A DNA stretch of 43,707 bases, from NCBI RefSeq assembly GCF_001186125.1, contig NW_014040512.1:15979-59685 (forward strand). Reading direction: 5' to 3'. The stretch comes from Sphaeroforma arctica JP610 (taxonomy: Eukaryota). A program made the translations under genes and the position numbers. Under the pieces are notes generated by a model, which had not been told where the DNA came from, searched no databases, and saw only the letters and a program-made list of their open reading frames with translations. This document shows, piece after piece, positions 39,385-43,707 of this stretch. Positions within the stretch are counted from its first letter, which is position 1. Each line of letters starts with the position of its first letter.

Positions 39385-40725
39385 ATTTATTTTCAGCGGG
39401 GGTAAGCTTAAATCGGGAAAGCTCAGCTACGTTCAGTCTGCGAGATATTTTACCACGAATACTCAAAAGTCATCAACCCCCGAATGTTACCTTCGGCACT
39501 ATACTACCGATAATCTACCAATCCCGGCAAGTTCAGTCGGCGCGATATTTTACCGCGAATACTCGAAGTCGTCAAGGCTCTAATATTGCCTTCCAACTTG
39601 AAAAGGTCGATGGGCACTATGCTATCGATGACCTATCGATTTGACTTACGAGGTACATACTTAGTTTTCAGAAGGGATAAACTTGAATACGTGAAGTTCA
39701 ACTATGTTTTGTCTGTTAGATATTTTACCGCGTTCACTCGAAAGTCGTCAAGGCCCACGTTGCCTGCCAGTTTGAAAACTTTGCGATCGATAATCTATCG
39801 ATCGATTGACGATTGATTTGCGAGATGATCTGAACGATATTTTGCCAGGAAATTCGTCAAGGCTCGAACGTTACCTTCAAGTTTCGAAAAATCGATCGAC
39901 TTTCACGATGAAGTTCAACTAAGTTCTGTTTACGCGATTAATTTACCGCGAATACTTGAAATCGACTAGGCCCAAAATTTACTTTCCAGCTTGGAAAGGT
40001 CAATCTGCACTTTGCTATCGATAATCTATTGATTTGACTTGCGAGGTATATACTCAGTTTCCAACAGACATAAACTTAAATCCGAGAAGTACAACTATGT
40101 TCTATGATATCTACACGATATTTTAACGCGGATACTTAAGGTAGTCATGACCCGGAAGTTACAATCCAGATTGGGAAGGTCGATCGGCGTTTGGCTATAC
40201 TCTATCGATTTTACTAGCGAGGTTAAGTACAGCTACGTTCTGTCTGCGCGATATTTTGCCGCGAATACTTGAAGTCGTCAAAGCCAGGAATTTACCTTCC
40301 ACTTAAAAACGTCGAACTGCATTTTGCTCTGCCTTTTGCTATCAATAATCTCTCGATTTGACTTACGATGCATATACTAAATTTCCAGCAAGGGTAGACT
40401 TAATTCCGAGAAGTAAAACGATGTTCCGATATTTTACCGCGAACACTCGAAGTCGTCGATGCCCTGAATTTTCCTTTCAGATTATAAACCTCGATCTCCA
40501 CTTTGCTCTCGATAGTATACCGATTTGACTTGGAAGGTATGTATCTAATTTTCAGCGTTGTGAACTTAAGTCCGAGAAGTTCAAATCCATTAAATCTGCG
40601 TGCTTTTTTACCGCGAACACTCGAAGTCGTCAGTGCTCAAAATTTATTTTCCAACTTGTTTGCTATCGATGGTCTATCGATTTGGCTGCGAGATATATGC
40701 ATAGTTTTCAGGGAGGGAAAACTGT
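39385..40725. repeat. Degenerate tandem array, full unit about 175-180 bp, about 9 full or truncated copies
   Basis: The anchor GATATTTTACCGCGAATACTCGAAGTCGTCA recurs with variation near 39444, 39544, 39719, 39836, 39936, 40118, 40250, 40428 and 40602. Other unit parts (TGCTATCGAT…CTATCGATTTGACTT, TTTTCAG…AAACTTAAAT…GAAGTTCAACTATGTT) recur in the same order. Confidence 0.9.
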
Positions 40726-43707
40726 ATTTAAATGGCGAAATACCACGGCAAGCCGACCGTATGTCTGAAGTAAAATAAGGTGGGTATTGCGGCCTTCTCG
40801 CCGTCCGAGTATTCATAAATACTAATTCGAGAATATATCTCATAATACAGTTGACGACGTATTCTAGATCAGACTACGGTTATTCATAGCGACCTATGTT
40901 ATCTTGGGACTGCGATCACCTTATAGGTAACTTGAAAAATATATAAGGGGAATAACATGTTCAGATGCTTGCCGATCTTACCTCGTAAAATAACTATAAT
41001 AGACTGCCTACACACTGGCGAGCGGTGCAGGAATATTGAATTTATCAGCAATTAATGTGATGAGGTAGAAATCAGCAAAAAAAAATACTTGAAGCTATTG
41101 TTAGCTTATGACAAGTTCTAGGCGACACTTCCGATGATGCATACGCTTATGTGGCCGGGGAGAAATACAAGCCGAAACTACAATATTTTCTATCTGGCAT
41201 GATGCACGAATACACAATCAAGTACAGAAGAAATGATAAACCGATAATATTTGTCTTTTTATACATTAGATATAAAGTTATCAGAAACTATGATTCGGCA
41301 AGTTGTTAATTTTGCAATAAAGAAATAGCTCGAACATAAATATTTTTAAAATCAATCCGGAATATTGTTGAATCATCACACCGTCAAATGTGATCTTCAG
41401 GTTTGCACTACTTACCGCGACATCGAATAAATTCGGGAACACTTACAATGCCTTGAAATCAATACATTCGCTGTGAAAACTGAGAAAGGCTGTACATATG
41501 ATATTTGGCCGTCACACAAGTTGAGTTTCGACTTGGCACATTTGTTTCGTATTAAAATTGTAAACACGATTGACGAGAGTGTGTGTGCGGTATTTAGTAG
41601 AGCAATCTTTTTTTTCTGTAACCGAATTTTTCAAATTTCGATGATGTCTATAATGTAAAAACTTACACGATCATAATCATAGACATGCTCGGTTGGTAAC
41701 ATTCAATTCTATTTCATGGAGGCGATATTGATAAAAAAGGGTTGATAATTGTTAGCGGGTGATTGTAATTATGCAAAGAGGCATACTCCAAGGGGGCGAT
41801 CAGTCGTATCGATACTATATATGTTTTAAAATATGAGATGCCTTGTCGTATTGAACACTTCGATACTTGGAATTGAGAAGGAAAGAAATTAAAAATGAAT
41901 ATTAACCATGTATATTGAATTCACAAAAACCAAGAGATTCAAAATAGGAGAGCCTCACTCATCAAATTTCTGGCGGCCAGATGCTCCGAAAAGTGTGAAC
42001 TCGAAATATGATAAATCACAGTCTTGTGTATACGCTTGCACACATATACTATAGTATTCCAGTACACGCACCATATGTGTGCGAGCCCTAGGTCACGAAT
42101 GTTATCCCTGGCGACTGGTATAGATACAATACTTAGATCAGCAATTTATATCTGAATTAATCAAATTTGGGGTATAGAACTATGGTGAGGGTGACTGATT
42201 TGAAAAGACGCTCCCCTATTTTGTCACCGCCGATAGAGCACTGTACACAACGAGTCGAAATAATGAGCAGCGTGAGTGGTGATGGTGGCAGAGAGAATTC
42301 TGCTTCGCACAAAAAGAGTAAGCCAGCCGTCACAGTAGGCGTGGCGGGTACTGAAACTAAAATACATATGCATTTCGTTCATCAGTAAGCAACGACAAGT
42401 ACAGTTCTGCAAATTAGTCTATCATATGTGCTTTCAGCTTTGCGGTACTAGATGATAGCAAGTTATCAGTTGATTTGCCCCATGAAGCGATCGAGGGAGA
42501 GAGATTCTGCACCAAATGGGCTGATTGTATGTGAAGACAATCAGCAATCGAGCAGGTCTAGATGTGTCCAGCTGTGACGCCACAACGGAAGGAGACAGCT
42601 CGAGATCGAACTGACTTAGAAGTTGCAGACAGGGGCACAAAAAGCAGAAAATGAAACAAATGGAGCCAGGTAAAACGAGCAAGCGGAGATCAATAGTCGT
42701 CAGTAGATTGCTATTGAAGAGCAAATAGTAGAAGCACAACTCACGAGTGAGACTATAGCATCAGTTCCCCGAGACATGAGCGGCATGAACTTTGCGCAGT
42801 AAGCTCCGAGGGTGCTAGAGGTATTATCGGCTTGCCTCTTTTCCAAAGGGAATGAACTGATCGATGCGCGACAGAGTCCTGTATTGAATAAATTGGTTTT
42901 CTGATCCAGCTGAGGAGTTCTTGATCTGTTGATGGGCCACTTCTGTGCTGTCTTTTAACGAACATGAGGCTCAAATCGTGATAGTATGTCAACAAATATA
43001 CACTTATATACTGACTAAATATTTAACACAATTTGGCAGCAGCGTAAAAAAAAATCGAGGAAAGTGAAATGATGATCATATGAGAACATAATATTGTGTC
43101 CACGCTCACACACAAACTCAAAGAGCTGGATTCGTACACGACCTGTCACCTACCAAAAGCTTTTGTATACATAGGTAATATCAAGTTATAATTACATACG
43201 CTTTCAGCTACAAATATATAGTTTAAAACTATTCTCCTTACACAACCTCGCATATCAAAAAGTCGTCTACTTAAATTTGTGTAAATAGCATGAAAATAAA
43301 CGAGCCTATAAGAGCAATAAACAAGCCTATAAGAGCAGTAGTACTGAATAGGTATGTGTCGACACATATGAAGCTCAGACTAATCGTTTTGCACACGAGC
43401 TGTAAAGCATATATCAATTAATTTGCACACGGCCTGGCATACTCGATTGGCGTATGCACATCCATATAAAACATAAACCGTGAAACTCACATAGAACTTA
43501 GCATACCCAATTGGAATATATACAAACATCAATTATAAAGTTTTACACACACACAATTTACCATAATCGACTGGCGTATGTCCACATATATAAAATGTTG
43601 TTAGTGCTCATGCACATGAGCAGTCATAGAAGCTCCTCTCTCGATTTTCAGTTTGTCGATGCTTTGTGCATATGTAAACTTCGATGGAAATTAATAGGTT
43701 TCAAACT

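Noticed and set aside
39385..40725. CRISPR array or protein-coding repeat (ORFs 39189-39644, 39586-39816, 40503-40778 share YRFDL peptides)
   Set aside because: Sequences between the anchors are homologous to each other rather than unique spacers, units are degenerate and irregular, there are no cas genes and the context is eukaryotic. Unit lengths do not keep frame and stops are frequent.
1..43707. tRNA, rRNA or snoRNA genes
   Set aside because: None recognised by eye; intronic snoRNAs cannot be excluded without a covariance-model search.

Overview
Eukaryotic genomic DNA: intron-dense, with GT-AG introns (donors mostly GTATGT/GTAAGT-like) full of (AT)n/(GT)n microsatellites. The style suggests a unicellular holozoan such as an ichthyosporean, but the taxon is inference only. 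Two + strand genes were reconstructed by hand with consistent exon phases: a 4-exon mitochondrial porin VDAC (2856-5474, 278 aa) and a 38-exon cohesin loader NIPBL/Scc2 (6966-36794, about 2258 aa). Main finding: this Scc2 carries a complete C4HC3 PHD finger with H3K4me3-reader-like residues, at the position where land-plant SCC2 has its PHD; animal and fungal orthologues lack one. Second theme: repeated local tandem duplication that leaves decayed exon copies inside neighbouring introns, including a perfect 41-bp duplication of a VDAC splice acceptor. The flanks hold a possible decayed integrase remnant (about 1140-1570) and a degenerate ~175-bp tandem array (about 39385-40725) amid unassignable sequence. 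Most entries in the ORF track are spurious or are single exons.
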